A stretch of 64,000 nt of DNA from a virus: positions 32,001 through 96,000 of IMG/VR virus record IMGVR_UViG_3300045919_000302, one strand, 5' to 3'. Under the pieces are notes generated by a model, which made no database searches, was not told the DNA's origin, and saw only the letters and a list, made by a program, of their open reading frames with translations. Position 1 is the stretch's first letter. The number at the start of each line of letters is the position of its first letter. Below, piece by piece: positions 48,850 through 59,143 of this stretch. Both the position numbers and the translations under genes were made by a program.

Positions 48850-49758
48850 TCAATGCTCGTCCGCTTTACGAAACGTCTTTGTGTAGCTTTCCTTCCATCG
48901 GAGCTTTAGATCTGTCCGGCCTTTGCCGGTCCAGTAGCCCTGGAAGTGGGCGGGAACCTCTGCACCCTCCGCGTTGAAGATCCGTTCTTTCTTGAAGTCG
49001 AAGCCCACGAGAGTCACTGGAACGCCGTGCTGACTCTCCATCATCTTGTCGTAACGGCGCTGTTCCTTGGGTTTTCGAGTCAGCGGTCTCTTGGGTGGGC
49101 GGTGCTGACGGAGGTCCGGATCTCCCGAATGAACGTAGAGGAAGCAGTTGAGAGCGAATTTAAGGGTCTCGACAGGGATGTGAAAATCCGGGTTCACTTC
49201 CTTGAGACGATCTACCGCGCCCTCGATCTCCTCGTCCTCGGAGTAGAAGTGGAGAACGTAGCGATCCCAGTTGTCCGCGTGGACTCCGTCGGGTCGCTTC
49301 ATGAACTGGAACTCCAGGCGCTTATATACTTGGCCGCGCGAGTCTTTGCCGGGATTGCCTACACACCCAATATAAACAGCGGTGTAGTTCGGGAAGTCAT
49401 CCTCGAACTCGATGCAGACGATCTTGTTGTCGGCCGGGATCACCCGAGCCGGGACGGTAATCTTGAGTTTAGAAAGCTCCTCAGAAAACTGACGGGCCAT
49501 CTTGTAAATCAGCGCCCCGTCCTGTTTGAAGATCTGGTAGAAGAGTAACGTCCTAACTGGAGCCAGCATCTGGTTCACGCGAGAGAGCATCTCGGGAAAC
49601 ACGTGCGGCTTGACGTGATTATAGACGCAATCGATGTGACGGAAGTCCGCTGCATGGTCGTGGGTCTTGTTCGTGATCTCGACCAGCTTGGAAACGTAGT
49701 CCATCCTCCGGACCATGTCCGGCATCCGATTGAAAAGCTCCCAGTGTGTCTTTCTCAT
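48850..49758 (-). CDS. Hypothetical phage protein
   Basis: C-terminal VPAHFQGYWTGKGR...W motif. Confidence 0.65.
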   Translation of the reverse strand: MRKTHWELFNRMPDMVRRMDYVSKLVEITNKTHDHAADFRHIDCVYNHVKPHVFPEMLSRVNQMLAPVRTLLFYQIFKQDGALIYKMARQFSEELSKLKITVPARVIPADNKIVCIEFEDDFPNYTAVYIGCVGNPGKDSRGQVYKRLEFQFMKRPDGVHADNWDRYVLHFYSEDEEIEGAVDRLKEVNPDFHIPVETLKFALNCFLYVHSGDPDLRQHRPPKRPLTRKPKEQRRYDKMMESQHGVPVTLVGFDFKKERIFNAEGAEVPAHFQGYWTGKGRTDLKLRWKESYTKTFRKADEH

Positions 49759-49759
49759 C

Positions 49760-50728
49760 TCAGTATCCCCCAGATCCGCAGCCGTGGTTCATCTTGTGAT
49801 GTTCCAAGAGTGCGGTCAGCTTTGCTGCCGGCATGTCCTTGTACTTAGCTTGGACCGCCACGAGCCGATCGCGGATGGTCTTCTTGGTGTTGAACACGCC
49901 GTGGTTCTTCTCCGCGCCCTGGTGACGATCGAGCTTGGCCTGCTCCATCTGGCACCACTCCTCGAACTTCACCGGGTGATTAATGGAGAGCCAGAGCAGC
50001 TCCTCCGCGCTCATGTAGGGGCAGCGCATGCAATTGCTCGGGAACGGAACCGCGTGGCCGACCGACTTGATGTACTCCTGGCACGCGGCGCGATCAAGAC
50101 CCTCTTCGACCAGCGGGAACACCCGGTGAATCGTCTTCCAGAAGGAGTCTTCCTTGCTGGCCCGCTGCTTCTCTTCAAGACGCTTGGACTTCTCGGCACG
50201 ACTCTCCTCGCCGGCAGCGTACCCGATCAGCACATCGATGTGACCGTTCTCCTGGAAGAACCGTTTGAAGGCCGCCTTTCCGCATCCCTGAGTCTTCGGG
50301 TTGACCTTAAGGCCGTAGCCGTACTTAGTGTTGATCCAGGCGTCGAGGTACTTGTAGATCGGATCCACTTTGACCTTGAGTGTGCAGGTCTTGGTGCCGA
50401 GCTGGATCAGGGTCGGTGTGAACTCGCTGTCGGCCCCGCGCATCTGGGGCTCGATGATGTTCGGCCACGCCGGACTGTGGTAACCCATGTCCGAAGTCAG
50501 ATGGACAAACTCGATCTTGTGGATCAGGCAGAAGTGCTTGACCTCTTGGACATGCTCCCACGTGTGATCGTGCTCATCGCCGGTATCAGATTGAACCACC
50601 ACGAAATCCCCGGGCGCGTATTTCGCTCTCCAGGCCGGATCGTAGACGTACTTGTAGAGCATGGTGGTCGAGTCTTGGCCGCCACCGAAGCTGAGGACTG
50701 TCAGGTGAACTTTGCGTTTAACGCTCAT
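49760..50728 (-). CDS. PAPS-reductase-like PP-loop protein
   Basis: SFGGGQDS, SDTGDEH, CTLKVK, IGYAAGEESR, SNCMRCP. Confidence 0.8.
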   Translation of the reverse strand: MSVKRKVHLTVLSFGGGQDSTTMLYKYVYDPAWRAKYAPGDFVVVQSDTGDEHDHTWEHVQEVKHFCLIHKIEFVHLTSDMGYHSPAWPNIIEPQMRGADSEFTPTLIQLGTKTCTLKVKVDPIYKYLDAWINTKYGYGLKVNPKTQGCGKAAFKRFFQENGHIDVLIGYAAGEESRAEKSKRLEEKQRASKEDSFWKTIHRVFPLVEEGLDRAACQEYIKSVGHAVPFPSNCMRCPYMSAEELLWLSINHPVKFEEWCQMEQAKLDRHQGAEKNHGVFNTKKTIRDRLVAVQAKYKDMPAAKLTALLEHHKMNHGCGSGGY

Positions 50729-51148
50729 ACAAACATTCTCTCACAACGTAAGCATATGTAAACTGTGTCAGCGCAGACACTACGCCCTGACGAACCCCAG
50801 GTCTTTCAGCATCTTTTGACTGAGCACCTTCGGTAAATTTTGATAGCACTCCAGCGCCGGCAGGCGTGTTTCGAAGTCCCTCTCCATTCCGAGGTCGTCC
50901 GCACCCCAGACGCATACTCTCCATTTGCCGCCGGTAAGAAGGGGCATGAAGGAAACCCTGACGAGATCGCCAGAGAAGTTCGGATACCAGTCATCGGCGG
51001 CCTTGAGCCACTTCACCCGGCTCATTGCCCCGGTCAAAGGCGATCAGCACGCCCTCGACGCCTTCGTTCTTGAGGTAATGCGCCAAGGTCGTGGCCTCTT
51101 CCTGAGTTAGGCCATCCATCACTCCCACGTCGGGGATCTTCCTCTTGC

Positions 51149-52096
51149 TCACGCGACCGCCTTTTCTTTGCGGGCCTTGCGGTGAAGGTCGCGAGCCACC
51201 AGGGACTTGCGGAGCGCGGCGAGCTGGGCGACCTCCTTTTCAACGAGAGCCGGATCCGCCTTCACGCCAGTCACGGCCTGGAGCGAGACATCTTCGCCGA
51301 GCTTCTTGCTCTTCTTCGGGGCCTTGATCGTCTTGCCCAGGAACTTCTCCAGGGCGACGTACCGGGCGTACAACTGAGTCCGGCGCTTGGCGGCGATAGC
51401 GAGGTCGCCATTGTTACCGAACACACAGAAGGAGCAGGAGAGGCGGCTCATGCCGGCAGCGTATGCCCAATGCACTTCTTCGCCGGCCTGACCGATCATC
51501 TGGATCACGCTGTCGGTCGGGACGTCGAAGATCGGGAGCCAGTCGTACCACTCGCGACCCGCGATCGAGTTCTTCTCGTCGAGCAGGAAGGTAAGGGCTT
51601 CGCCGGTCTTCTCGAAGTGATCCTTGTCGAGACCCATCTCACGGTCGTCGCTCTCGCCGCCGCGAAGGCCCATGCAGTTGACGATCAGCTTGTGGCCAGT
51701 GCCCTTGATGAACTTCTGGATCGGGCCGCGCTTTCCGTCGCTGGTGCAGAACCGCTGGCCCTTGGACGGGAAGTTCATGTTCGCGACGAACATCGAGATG
51801 AGATCCTTGTCGTCGCCGTTCTTGAAGATCGAGTGGACCACGTTCAGCTCGTGGCCGCCGAGGTACTCCCGGATATGATCCTGGGTGCCGGGCCACTCGA
51901 CGTCGCCGAGATCCGCATGCACGTAGACGATCTGACCGGTCGGGACCAGGGAGCGGACCAGGATCGCCATGAGCTGGGAGTCCTTGCCGCCGCTGTGGTT
52001 CACGAAGAACATCGCCTTGCGCTCGATCAGCGACTTTATCCGGGCGAGGACTTCGGGCTTCAGCATCTTGATCAGTTTGTTGATGACGTTGTTCAT
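51149..52096 (-). CDS. PAPS-reductase-like PP-loop protein
   Basis: NHSGGKDS, HADLG, RFCTSDGKRGP, GLRGGES, RLSCSFC. Confidence 0.85.
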   Translation of the reverse strand: MNNVINKLIKMLKPEVLARIKSLIERKAMFFVNHSGGKDSQLMAILVRSLVPTGQIVYVHADLGDVEWPGTQDHIREYLGGHELNVVHSIFKNGDDKDLISMFVANMNFPSKGQRFCTSDGKRGPIQKFIKGTGHKLIVNCMGLRGGESDDREMGLDKDHFEKTGEALTFLLDEKNSIAGREWYDWLPIFDVPTDSVIQMIGQAGEEVHWAYAAGMSRLSCSFCVFGNNGDLAIAAKRRTQLYARYVALEKFLGKTIKAPKKSKKLGEDVSLQAVTGVKADPALVEKEVAQLAALRKSLVARDLHRKARKEKAVA

Positions 52097-52643
52097 ACTT
52101 AAATAGTACAAAACGTACTACAAAAAGTACAACACTATTTGCTACATCGCGTCAGAATTATTTCTGTTTACAATCATCGAGATAGACTCATTCGCCCTGC
52201 GTCTGCCCGGACATACGGGAGCCATGGCGGATGCCGTAAGTCAGTCCATCCCGGAAGCCTGACTGGTACGAGTCCCGGATCTTCCGCATGACCACGATGT
52301 AACCGACCGCGAGCGGGACGACAAGCCAACCCAAATTCATACATCGACCTCAACTGGTTCAACCGGGGGTAGATCTTCGACCCGCTCACCCGCTGCCTCA
52401 ACGATACTAACCAGCCTCGAAATCTCTTTCGCTACGTAGAGCCAGACCAGCTCGCCTTCGCGAAATTTCATCGTCGAAAACTCTCGGCGATCCTCTGCGT
52501 CCAGCAGATAAATCAGCCCAGACGATGCGAGAAAACAGTTTCTCTTATCCTTCGAGAACCAGACCGTTGCACCAAAAACATCGACCGCGAACGTCTTCTT
52601 GGCCATCTCCCAAAGTGTAACGTGAGAAGACGGAACCCCCAAG

Positions 52644-53186
52644 CTATGTGTGCAACGGAATGCCGAATCGGTCGAGAGATTCTTCGACGACACCGATAAT
52701 CATTTCGACAATCTTGTCGAGCGATCTCGTCTCAAGTTGAGCCAACTTCTCAAGCTGACTACGGATATCGCCGCCCAAATCCACGCTCATTTCGTCCGCG
52801 TCTTGAAGTGCAATCTCAGCCTTTGCAGACAATACGTGCAGAGCTGCTCTCACTTCACGAGCGACAGCGTCGAGAGAGGATCTCAATGCATCACGGACCT
52901 CGACTGGATTAGGAGCCCCTAGTTGGTCAAGCTTCTTGAGATACTCAGACCGCGACTGGGAGATGACCTCGTCGAAACCGGCGCATATCCCCCTGCACCG
53001 ACTCACTAATCGCCTCCCAGAGAGGGAGGCCGTGGCCTCCACGTGGACCTCGTCTACCTGGGCGAGGCGTTGCAATCCCTTCAGTAAAATCTTTGCGACC
53101 AAACTGAAGTCAATCTTTGCCGGCCTGCCGCCTTTGGCTCCGTTCGCTTTGCTCGTCTCTGACCGTTTGTCTTTTAGGTTTTTCAT
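52644..53186 (-). CDS. Putative DNA-binding protein with C-terminal FGxP tag
   Basis: SKANGAKGGRP at N-terminus; ends EESLDRFGIPLHT. Confidence 0.6.
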   Translation of the reverse strand: MKNLKDKRSETSKANGAKGGRPAKIDFSLVAKILLKGLQRLAQVDEVHVEATASLSGRRLVSRCRGICAGFDEVISQSRSEYLKKLDQLGAPNPVEVRDALRSSLDAVAREVRAALHVLSAKAEIALQDADEMSVDLGGDIRSQLEKLAQLETRSLDKIVEMIIGVVEESLDRFGIPLHT

Positions 53187-53221
53187 TTTTTTAATATATC
53201 CTAAAACAACTGTAAAGTCAA
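53187..53221 (-). promoter_or_regulatory. Sigma70-type promoter, probably leaderless transcript
   Basis: TTGACT-17-TATATT-6-ATG. Confidence 0.65.
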
Positions 53222-53235
53222 AACCATATACCGGA

Positions 53236-54111
53236 CTATGCCTCACTCACCAACTCTTCGTAGAGGTCATCGCCCAGGAACTTGCGAAGCTCTGTGCCGT
53301 TCTCCCGCATCTGGTCGTACATCCGCCGGGTCTCGGTGCTGTCCGAATCGAGCCCCAAGTTATCGCAAAAGTCGTAGAAGCTTTCCTCGGCGAGCCGGGC
53401 GTCTGTGCCCAGACCTCCGAGCACCCCGATGGCCGTGGGATTGCGCGGCTTGCCGGACTTATCGACATGAGCCTTACCCATGCTGAAGAACGCGCTCAGG
53501 GTCTTGCCCTTCATCGCCAGCCTTACGGACCAGTTGTTGGCCCAAGAGCTGTCTTCCATGTTCGGGTTCGAGTGGACCGGCAGACACTCAATCGAGATCC
53601 CGTTGCGCTCAGCGAGATTTTTCACTTGAGGAGCAGTGCTTTCCAGGGCCGAAACGATCGATCGAAGCTCCGCTAGAACCTCTCCTGGGATCTCCTCCAT
53701 GAGCCACGCCTTGCCATATTTATAGGGCTGGCCTTCATGGATATACTCCTGGTCTGGGTTCAGGCCGGCATCGGCCAAAGCCTTAGATGCCAAAGTGTAA
53801 TAATCGGTGACACGTTTGGGCGTCTTGTCTGGATCGATACTCTTGAGGAAAGCCATCTGCCGAGGAGATCCAGCCCGCATGTCATTCAGGTGGTAGAGAT
53901 CCCAGATCTGGCAGAGCCGCACGATGTTCGGACTGTCCTTGAATCGGTCGCGGATCTCGTCCACAACCTGGCCACAGCTGATTGCGTCGGTGCCTGACTT
54001 GTTCCAGACGGTACCCGAGATGCTCAACCGCGCATGGGTGAGTCGAATCTCGACAGACACGTCAGAGGAAAGATAGATCGGCTTAGCGGACAGAGGGGAT
54101 GACTTATTCAT
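53236..54111 (-). CDS. Two-domain hypothetical phage protein
   Basis: WDLYHLNDMRAG...YKYGKAWL and FYDFCDNLGLDSDS modules. Confidence 0.65.
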   Translation of the reverse strand: MNKSSPLSAKPIYLSSDVSVEIRLTHARLSISGTVWNKSGTDAISCGQVVDEIRDRFKDSPNIVRLCQIWDLYHLNDMRAGSPRQMAFLKSIDPDKTPKRVTDYYTLASKALADAGLNPDQEYIHEGQPYKYGKAWLMEEIPGEVLAELRSIVSALESTAPQVKNLAERNGISIECLPVHSNPNMEDSSWANNWSVRLAMKGKTLSAFFSMGKAHVDKSGKPRNPTAIGVLGGLGTDARLAEESFYDFCDNLGLDSDSTETRRMYDQMRENGTELRKFLGDDLYEELVSEA

Positions 54112-54322
54112 GAGCGCTCCTTGATCAATTTGACGGTAGGCTTCTTCTGCTTCAGCTTTGTCCAAACTGAACGAGGAAGCCTGTACTGTTGGGAGTCCAT
54201 GAAAGTCTCCCTTGACGCAGAGCATCTCACATAGCGTAATCAAAAGTCAACAATGACCAACGAACGATAAATATCTGTGTTTACAGCAGGATAATCAAGC
54301 TGACGTAAAGCTATTTGTAAAG

Positions 54323-54778
54323 TCAGGCCGCCTGATCAAAGGCGTGATCATATACGCCATCCCAGCAATTCGGATCCGTTGGGCGATTGGCATTCGGGAC
54401 GGAAATTCGCTTGCCGCTCGCGGGAGGCGCGATGGCGAAATGAACCCATCCCTTGGTGTACCGGAAGTCCTCGAAGTAGAGGCCGAGCTTCTGCATCAGC
54501 GGGAGATTCGCGAGCACCCAGGCGCGGAGTTTTCCGTCCGGATCCGAGATGTCGCAGGCCAGGCCCTTCATGTGATTCGAGTGAGTAGCAGCCCCAGGAG
54601 TTGAGGAATTGATCGCGGCCGGACGCCAGCCTGAGTCCACGATCATGGGAAGACCGTAGGCCGCCCTTACGAGGTTCATTTGGATCAGGAGACGATCCAG
54701 ATTGGTGCTGATCTCAGCCGTATATTCCTGGGGGTATTGCTTATCCCGACCCTTGAGTAGCTCGTCTTTTAAAATCAC
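54323..54778 (-). CDS. Peptidase M15-family endolysin
   Basis: SGWR...HSNHMKGLACDI...WVH Zn-peptidase motifs; AAGGAGG RBS before GTG. Confidence 0.8.
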   Translation of the reverse strand: MILKDELLKGRDKQYPQEYTAEISTNLDRLLIQMNLVRAAYGLPMIVDSGWRPAAINSSTPGAATHSNHMKGLACDISDPDGKLRAWVLANLPLMQKLGLYFEDFRYTKGWVHFAIAPPASGKRISVPNANRPTDPNCWDGVYDHAFDQAA

Positions 54779-54888
54779 CGTGGCCTCCTTGCATTTGCAC
54801 CCAATTGAACTACGATCTAGGTATCGGCGTAAACGGATTTGCTTCGATAGCGGAGGCCGGTCACGGAAGATCTGGCCCCGCTCACTCG

Positions 54889-55758
54889 CTAGAACTTTCG
54901 CTCTCTTTCCATTCTCCTTAGGCATTCGAACCCGGTCTCTCCTGGGAGCATCTCATAGCCACAGCCGGTTGCGCCGCCTTTCCAGGATCCAGTTTCTTCT
55001 CCCACCTCTTGGTCGAATTCCACAGAGATCGAACGCTCAACCTTTTTCGGTCCAAATCGAAAGGGAAGCTTATGGAATATTTTCCACCGCCACTCACGCT
55101 CCTCGATGTGGAACTTCACCTTCCTGTACTGGATCTCTCCGCTCTTCAGCGTATACGTGTAGTTCCCAAGAAAGATGGCCCGGTGGTCCGGAAAGTCTTC
55201 GTCTTTGAAGTCGAAGTACCCTACCTTGGGATTTTTCTTTCTCTCCTTACGAATGGCCTGGCACCGCTGCTCATAGGTGGACATGTTCCATTTGCCGTCA
55301 GCGGTCAGTACGACGTGCCTGACGCTCGCGCCCCAGTCCCACGGGAAATGGAAGTGCTTGCTGTAGCCGTACTTCTTTTTGTCGCTTCCACTTGCGGCGC
55401 AGGTGTGGCCCCAGTGCCAAACGAAGGTGTCCTTGTATGAGTAAAACCCCCAATCTCTGCCATGCGAGTCCTCAAACCATCTCGGGTTCTGGACCTCTCC
55501 GCGCTTGAACCATCCAATGGCCCACCTCTTCGGAAGGAGTCTGTGAAAGGTCAGGTAGAGAGAGCAGCCAAGAATGGCGACAGCCAACTGGACCGCACGA
55601 TCGTCCTGGCCACCCAGAGTGACCATGCACCTGACGAGCGGGTCCGCCCTCTTCCGGCTGATGTGATACTCCCATCGCCAACTGTTCGCCCAGCCGCGCC
55701 AGTGGCTGATGCTACTCTTGCGACTGTTTGGATGATCCAGCAGGTTCTGTGATCTCAT
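54889..55758 (-). CDS. Hypothetical Trp-rich phage protein
   Basis: EEREWRWK...EVGEETGSWKGG. Confidence 0.65.
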   Translation of the reverse strand: MRSQNLLDHPNSRKSSISHWRGWANSWRWEYHISRKRADPLVRCMVTLGGQDDRAVQLAVAILGCSLYLTFHRLLPKRWAIGWFKRGEVQNPRWFEDSHGRDWGFYSYKDTFVWHWGHTCAASGSDKKKYGYSKHFHFPWDWGASVRHVVLTADGKWNMSTYEQRCQAIRKERKKNPKVGYFDFKDEDFPDHRAIFLGNYTYTLKSGEIQYRKVKFHIEEREWRWKIFHKLPFRFGPKKVERSISVEFDQEVGEETGSWKGGATGCGYEMLPGETGFECLRRMERERKF

Positions 55759-56513
55759 TTGGTCATCTCCGCCAGAGTTTTGATCAGAGCGGGCTCCAGG
55801 TACTCGTTGATGTTTCTGTTCTGCTCTGAAGCGAGCCTCGACAGAGTTTTGATCGCTTCGAACACGTTGTCGTTCGCGTTGAGCAGGACGGTTTCACTCT
55901 TGCCGTTCATGAAGATCACGCAGCCGTGGGTCACCATCTCGGCATGGTTTTTCATGATGCGCTGAACGCTTTTGGCAAACTTATCGAAGCTGCCACCAGC
56001 TCTCTCCTCGGCTTTCTCGATCTGGCTTTCCACGTCGTGACCGAGACCCTTCATCTCCTTCTTGACGCTCTTGGTGAGCTTCTTCCATAGACTCTTGTCC
56101 GTCACGGCGAAGATGTCCTGGAGCTTTTCGGTTCCGAACTTCTGCGAAAGACGCTCATAGTCCTTCATGAACTTCTCTGGGTTCTGAGATCCCCGGAGAA
56201 CGTTCAGGCGGAAGGCCACGAGCCCAAAGAGATCCTGATCGGACCACTTCTCGTCGGTGTGAACGACGGCCGGCACGTAGGTCATCCCCGCGATCTTGGC
56301 GGCCTTATACCGGTGCTCACCCCCAAGGATGATGTACTTCCCGTCCTGGGTGGGAACCACGTTGATCGGATCCAAGAAGCCGACATCCCGGATCTCCTCC
56401 ACCAGGCGCTGAAGCGTGGTCTCGGACATTTCGTTGATGTTGTGCGGATTCAGCACCAGGGCATCGACGTGGATGTCCACCGTCTTGAGAGAGCTTTCCT
56501 TGGTCATCTCCAT
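55755..56513 (-). CDS. ParB N-terminal domain protein
   Basis: NPHNINEM...GFLDPINV...ILGGEHRYKAA. Confidence 0.85.
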   Translation of the reverse strand: MEMTKESSLKTVDIHVDALVLNPHNINEMSETTLQRLVEEIRDVGFLDPINVVPTQDGKYIILGGEHRYKAAKIAGMTYVPAVVHTDEKWSDQDLFGLVAFRLNVLRGSQNPEKFMKDYERLSQKFGTEKLQDIFAVTDKSLWKKLTKSVKKEMKGLGHDVESQIEKAEERAGGSFDKFAKSVQRIMKNHAEMVTHGCVIFMNGKSETVLLNANDNVFEAIKTLSRLASEQNRNINEYLEPALIKTLAEMTK

Positions 56514-57316
56514 CAGAGCACCTGATTGCCGTCGGCATCGTGGGCCGTGAGCTTCAGACTGAACACGCTCGCGTACCGACGGAGAGCCTGAAGGGCGAAG
56601 TCGATCCCCTCTGCCTCGAAGTCATTGGACCCGAGGAACTCCGCGCAGGCCAGGGCAATACACTCGGCGTTGCTCTGGATCTGGGGATTGACCGATTTGA
56701 TCTTGTCGATCGTCTGGCAGACCACCATGTAGGACTCGTGCTGAAACTGGTAGGTGATCGACTTGAGTTGATGTTCGACCGGCGTGCCTTTCACCGCGTC
56801 CTCGTTCGCCAGGGCCTGGTCCGGCTCGTTCGGCACCATCGAGGTCAGGTAACCCTTCACTTCTTTCTTGAGATCATCGGCCGTCAGGAGCTTGGCCTTC
56901 TCGACCCAGGTATCCACGTTCTCTTCGGTGACGACGCGGGTAAGGTCCTTGAGTTTGTCCCAGCCCACTTCCTTCACCTTACCGAGAAGCTGCTCGTTCT
57001 TCCCGAAGTGGAGCCAGATGTCGGCCAGGTACTTGGCCTTCGTATATTTGATGCCGAGTTCCCGGTTCGCGTACTCCTTGAAGGTCGCGTAACCCCAACT
57101 CTCGTACCGATTCTGAACCCGTGCTGCGTGAAGGAGCATAGCCAACTCAAGGTAGTTCTCCTTGATATTGTTACAGAGAGACAGGATCCGACGACGATGA
57201 TCATCGCTGGAGATGTCCAGCTGCTTCTCCTTTTCCATTAGCACCACGGGCTGGGTGTCGGGAATAAAGTCTTCAACCAGTTCAACATCAACCACTTCAT
57301 TTTTTCTTTTCGTCAT
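56513..57316 (-). CDS. Hypothetical protein (possible DNA-binding)
   Basis: WGYATFKEYANRELG motif. Confidence 0.6.
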   Translation of the reverse strand: MTKRKNEVVDVELVEDFIPDTQPVVLMEKEKQLDISSDDHRRRILSLCNNIKENYLELAMLLHAARVQNRYESWGYATFKEYANRELGIKYTKAKYLADIWLHFGKNEQLLGKVKEVGWDKLKDLTRVVTEENVDTWVEKAKLLTADDLKKEVKGYLTSMVPNEPDQALANEDAVKGTPVEHQLKSITYQFQHESYMVVCQTIDKIKSVNPQIQSNAECIALACAEFLGSNDFEAEGIDFALQALRRYASVFSLKLTAHDADGNQVL

Positions 57317-58149
57317 ACCTTCCCCTTTTGGAAACACAGATTTCTTACCGGACAAGCCTTTGCTCGTGAGCAAGAGGCGGAATCGCAAACCTCTCTTGGC
57401 GGAACAATTTTGGTCCTCATTCCCTCGCGGGCCAGAGCCAGGGCTTCGAGCGCCTTTTCTATAACCGCAGGATCGTATTTCACCTCGAACATCGCAAGCA
57501 GAGACTCATCCTTATCCATGTAAAGAATGATTCCCTCCTTAAGCCCGGTGAGCCACATGTAGAGCTGGGTTTGAAGGACGTGGGCTGGCTGCGGCCGACG
57601 CTTCATGTCCGCCACGAGCTTGAACTGCATGGCGTTGCAGGTCTTCAGCTCAAGGACTTTCTTTTTCTTCCCAATCCGGAGAATGCCGTCCACGTGGGCA
57701 GTCACCCCGTGAAGTAGATCAGCGGGCTCGATCTCAATGTAAAAGAAGTCGGTTCCCTGGCACTGTCCAGTCGGGCACTCCAGCCCGCAAGTCTTTGGCC
57801 TGAGAGAATCCTTGTGAACTCGGTGACATCTCCGGCAGAGCCAGTGGCCCTCAAGCCAGCCCCACTGACCGAACCATTCGTTCTGAGCCAGGGTATGAAA
57901 GGCTTTGCCGATGTCGAAGATCCTGCGGAGTCGGGGCTCGATCTTCTCGACCTTACTGATCTGATGGATATGCCTGAGTACCTCCTCCCGTGGGCAAAGC
58001 TTGACGAGCCTTGAGACCCGGTAGGTCTGATCCGCCGTCGGGGGTGGTATGACCTCCTCCGAAGCAAGCTTCAGGTTCATCTCCTGGATGAGATCAAAAA
58101 ATGGTTCGGGCTCTTCGAACGCCGCCCGTAGTGCATCTGCAAGAGCCAT
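57313..58149 (-). CDS. Cas4-like PD-(D/E)xK exonuclease
   Basis: CPRE...HVDG...LELKT...QTQLYM plus C-terminal Cys cluster. Confidence 0.8.
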   Translation of the reverse strand: MALADALRAAFEEPEPFFDLIQEMNLKLASEEVIPPPTADQTYRVSRLVKLCPREEVLRHIHQISKVEKIEPRLRRIFDIGKAFHTLAQNEWFGQWGWLEGHWLCRRCHRVHKDSLRPKTCGLECPTGQCQGTDFFYIEIEPADLLHGVTAHVDGILRIGKKKKVLELKTCNAMQFKLVADMKRRPQPAHVLQTQLYMWLTGLKEGIILYMDKDESLLAMFEVKYDPAVIEKALEALALAREGMRTKIVPPREVCDSASCSRAKACPVRNLCFQKGKV

Positions 58150-58151
58150 AG

Positions 58152-58739
58152 TTATAGCAGCCGCAAGCGCTGCATCTCCTTACGCCATTTGTCTTTGTTT
58201 TCCATGAACAGCCCGGCCACCGTCACGTAGTAGTTGATCCGTTTGATGAGCCTGTCGGTTGGTGGCGCGGAATTGCCGCCAAGCTCCGTCCAAATTTTGA
58301 TGAAGGCTTGCTTCACCTTCTTGGTCTTCAGTTCCTTGGCCGTCTCGACGATCTCCTCGTCCATCTTCTGGCAGTACTTCTTCATCTCGTCCAGACCTGG
58401 AACCGTAAGGCCGACGGCCTGGATCCTGCCGAACTCTCGATACGTCTTCAAGATCGCATCAATATGTGCCGGATCCGCGTGAATAAGGTCCAACAACTGG
58501 TCAATCCGGAGTGTAAGCTTTTCGTCATGTTTCCACTCCAGGCTGCCAGTCACGGCAATATCCAAACCATCCGGCCTCTTTATAATGAAGTATTTGTCCA
58601 TCAACTGAATTCGGATATCGTCACAGTCCCAATAGGTGAACCTCACCTCTGAGCACCGCTTCGAAAGAGCCCGATCACGCTGCCGCAACTTCTGGGCGGC
58701 ATTGCGAATCAGCTGAGGAACATCTACCTCAACGGTCAC
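58152..58739 (-). CDS. Hypothetical protein
   Basis: ORF in replication operon. Confidence 0.55.
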   Translation of the reverse strand: MTVEVDVPQLIRNAAQKLRQRDRALSKRCSEVRFTYWDCDDIRIQLMDKYFIIKRPDGLDIAVTGSLEWKHDEKLTLRIDQLLDLIHADPAHIDAILKTYREFGRIQAVGLTVPGLDEMKKYCQKMDEEIVETAKELKTKKVKQAFIKIWTELGGNSAPPTDRLIKRINYYVTVAGLFMENKDKWRKEMQRLRLL

Positions 58740-59143
58740 AGCGTTCCCTTCATCTTGAGGAGTTCGACAACCTCAATCTTCATCTTCGATTCGCAATAGC
58801 CCCGGGCAAATTCGTAAGACTCGTCAATCTCCTTCTGAACCTCGGGAGTGACCTTCTTGCCGACGGGGAGGTGAATGCTGACGCCAACCTTCCCCATGTT
58901 GTAGTTCCCGAGCGATATCGTCGCCCCCATGTCCATCGAGATGTGGATCAAACCCTCATCCTCGATGGCCACTCTGGCGACCTCAGTCTGCTCGGACTTT
59001 AAGACCTTCTGGGTCGGGACCTTCTCGCCATCTATGTACTCGGTCTTGTCAATGGTCACTTCGGTGGTTGCCTTAGCTCCGGCCGACTTGATCTCCTTGG
59101 GCTTGTTCGCGAGCAAGACTGTCAGATCGGTACTCTTCGTCAT
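58736..59143 (-). CDS. Hypothetical protein
   Basis: GATISLGNYN motif seen in phage replication regions. Confidence 0.6.
   Translation of the reverse strand: MTKSTDLTVLLANKPKEIKSAGAKATTEVTIDKTEYIDGEKVPTQKVLKSEQTEVARVAIEDEGLIHISMDMGATISLGNYNMGKVGVSIHLPVGKKVTPEVQKEIDESYEFARGYCESKMKIEVVELLKMKGTL

Noticed and set aside
57313-58149. CRISPR-Cas system
   Set aside because: The Cas4-like nuclease is solo in a replication operon; no repeat-spacer array or other cas genes seen
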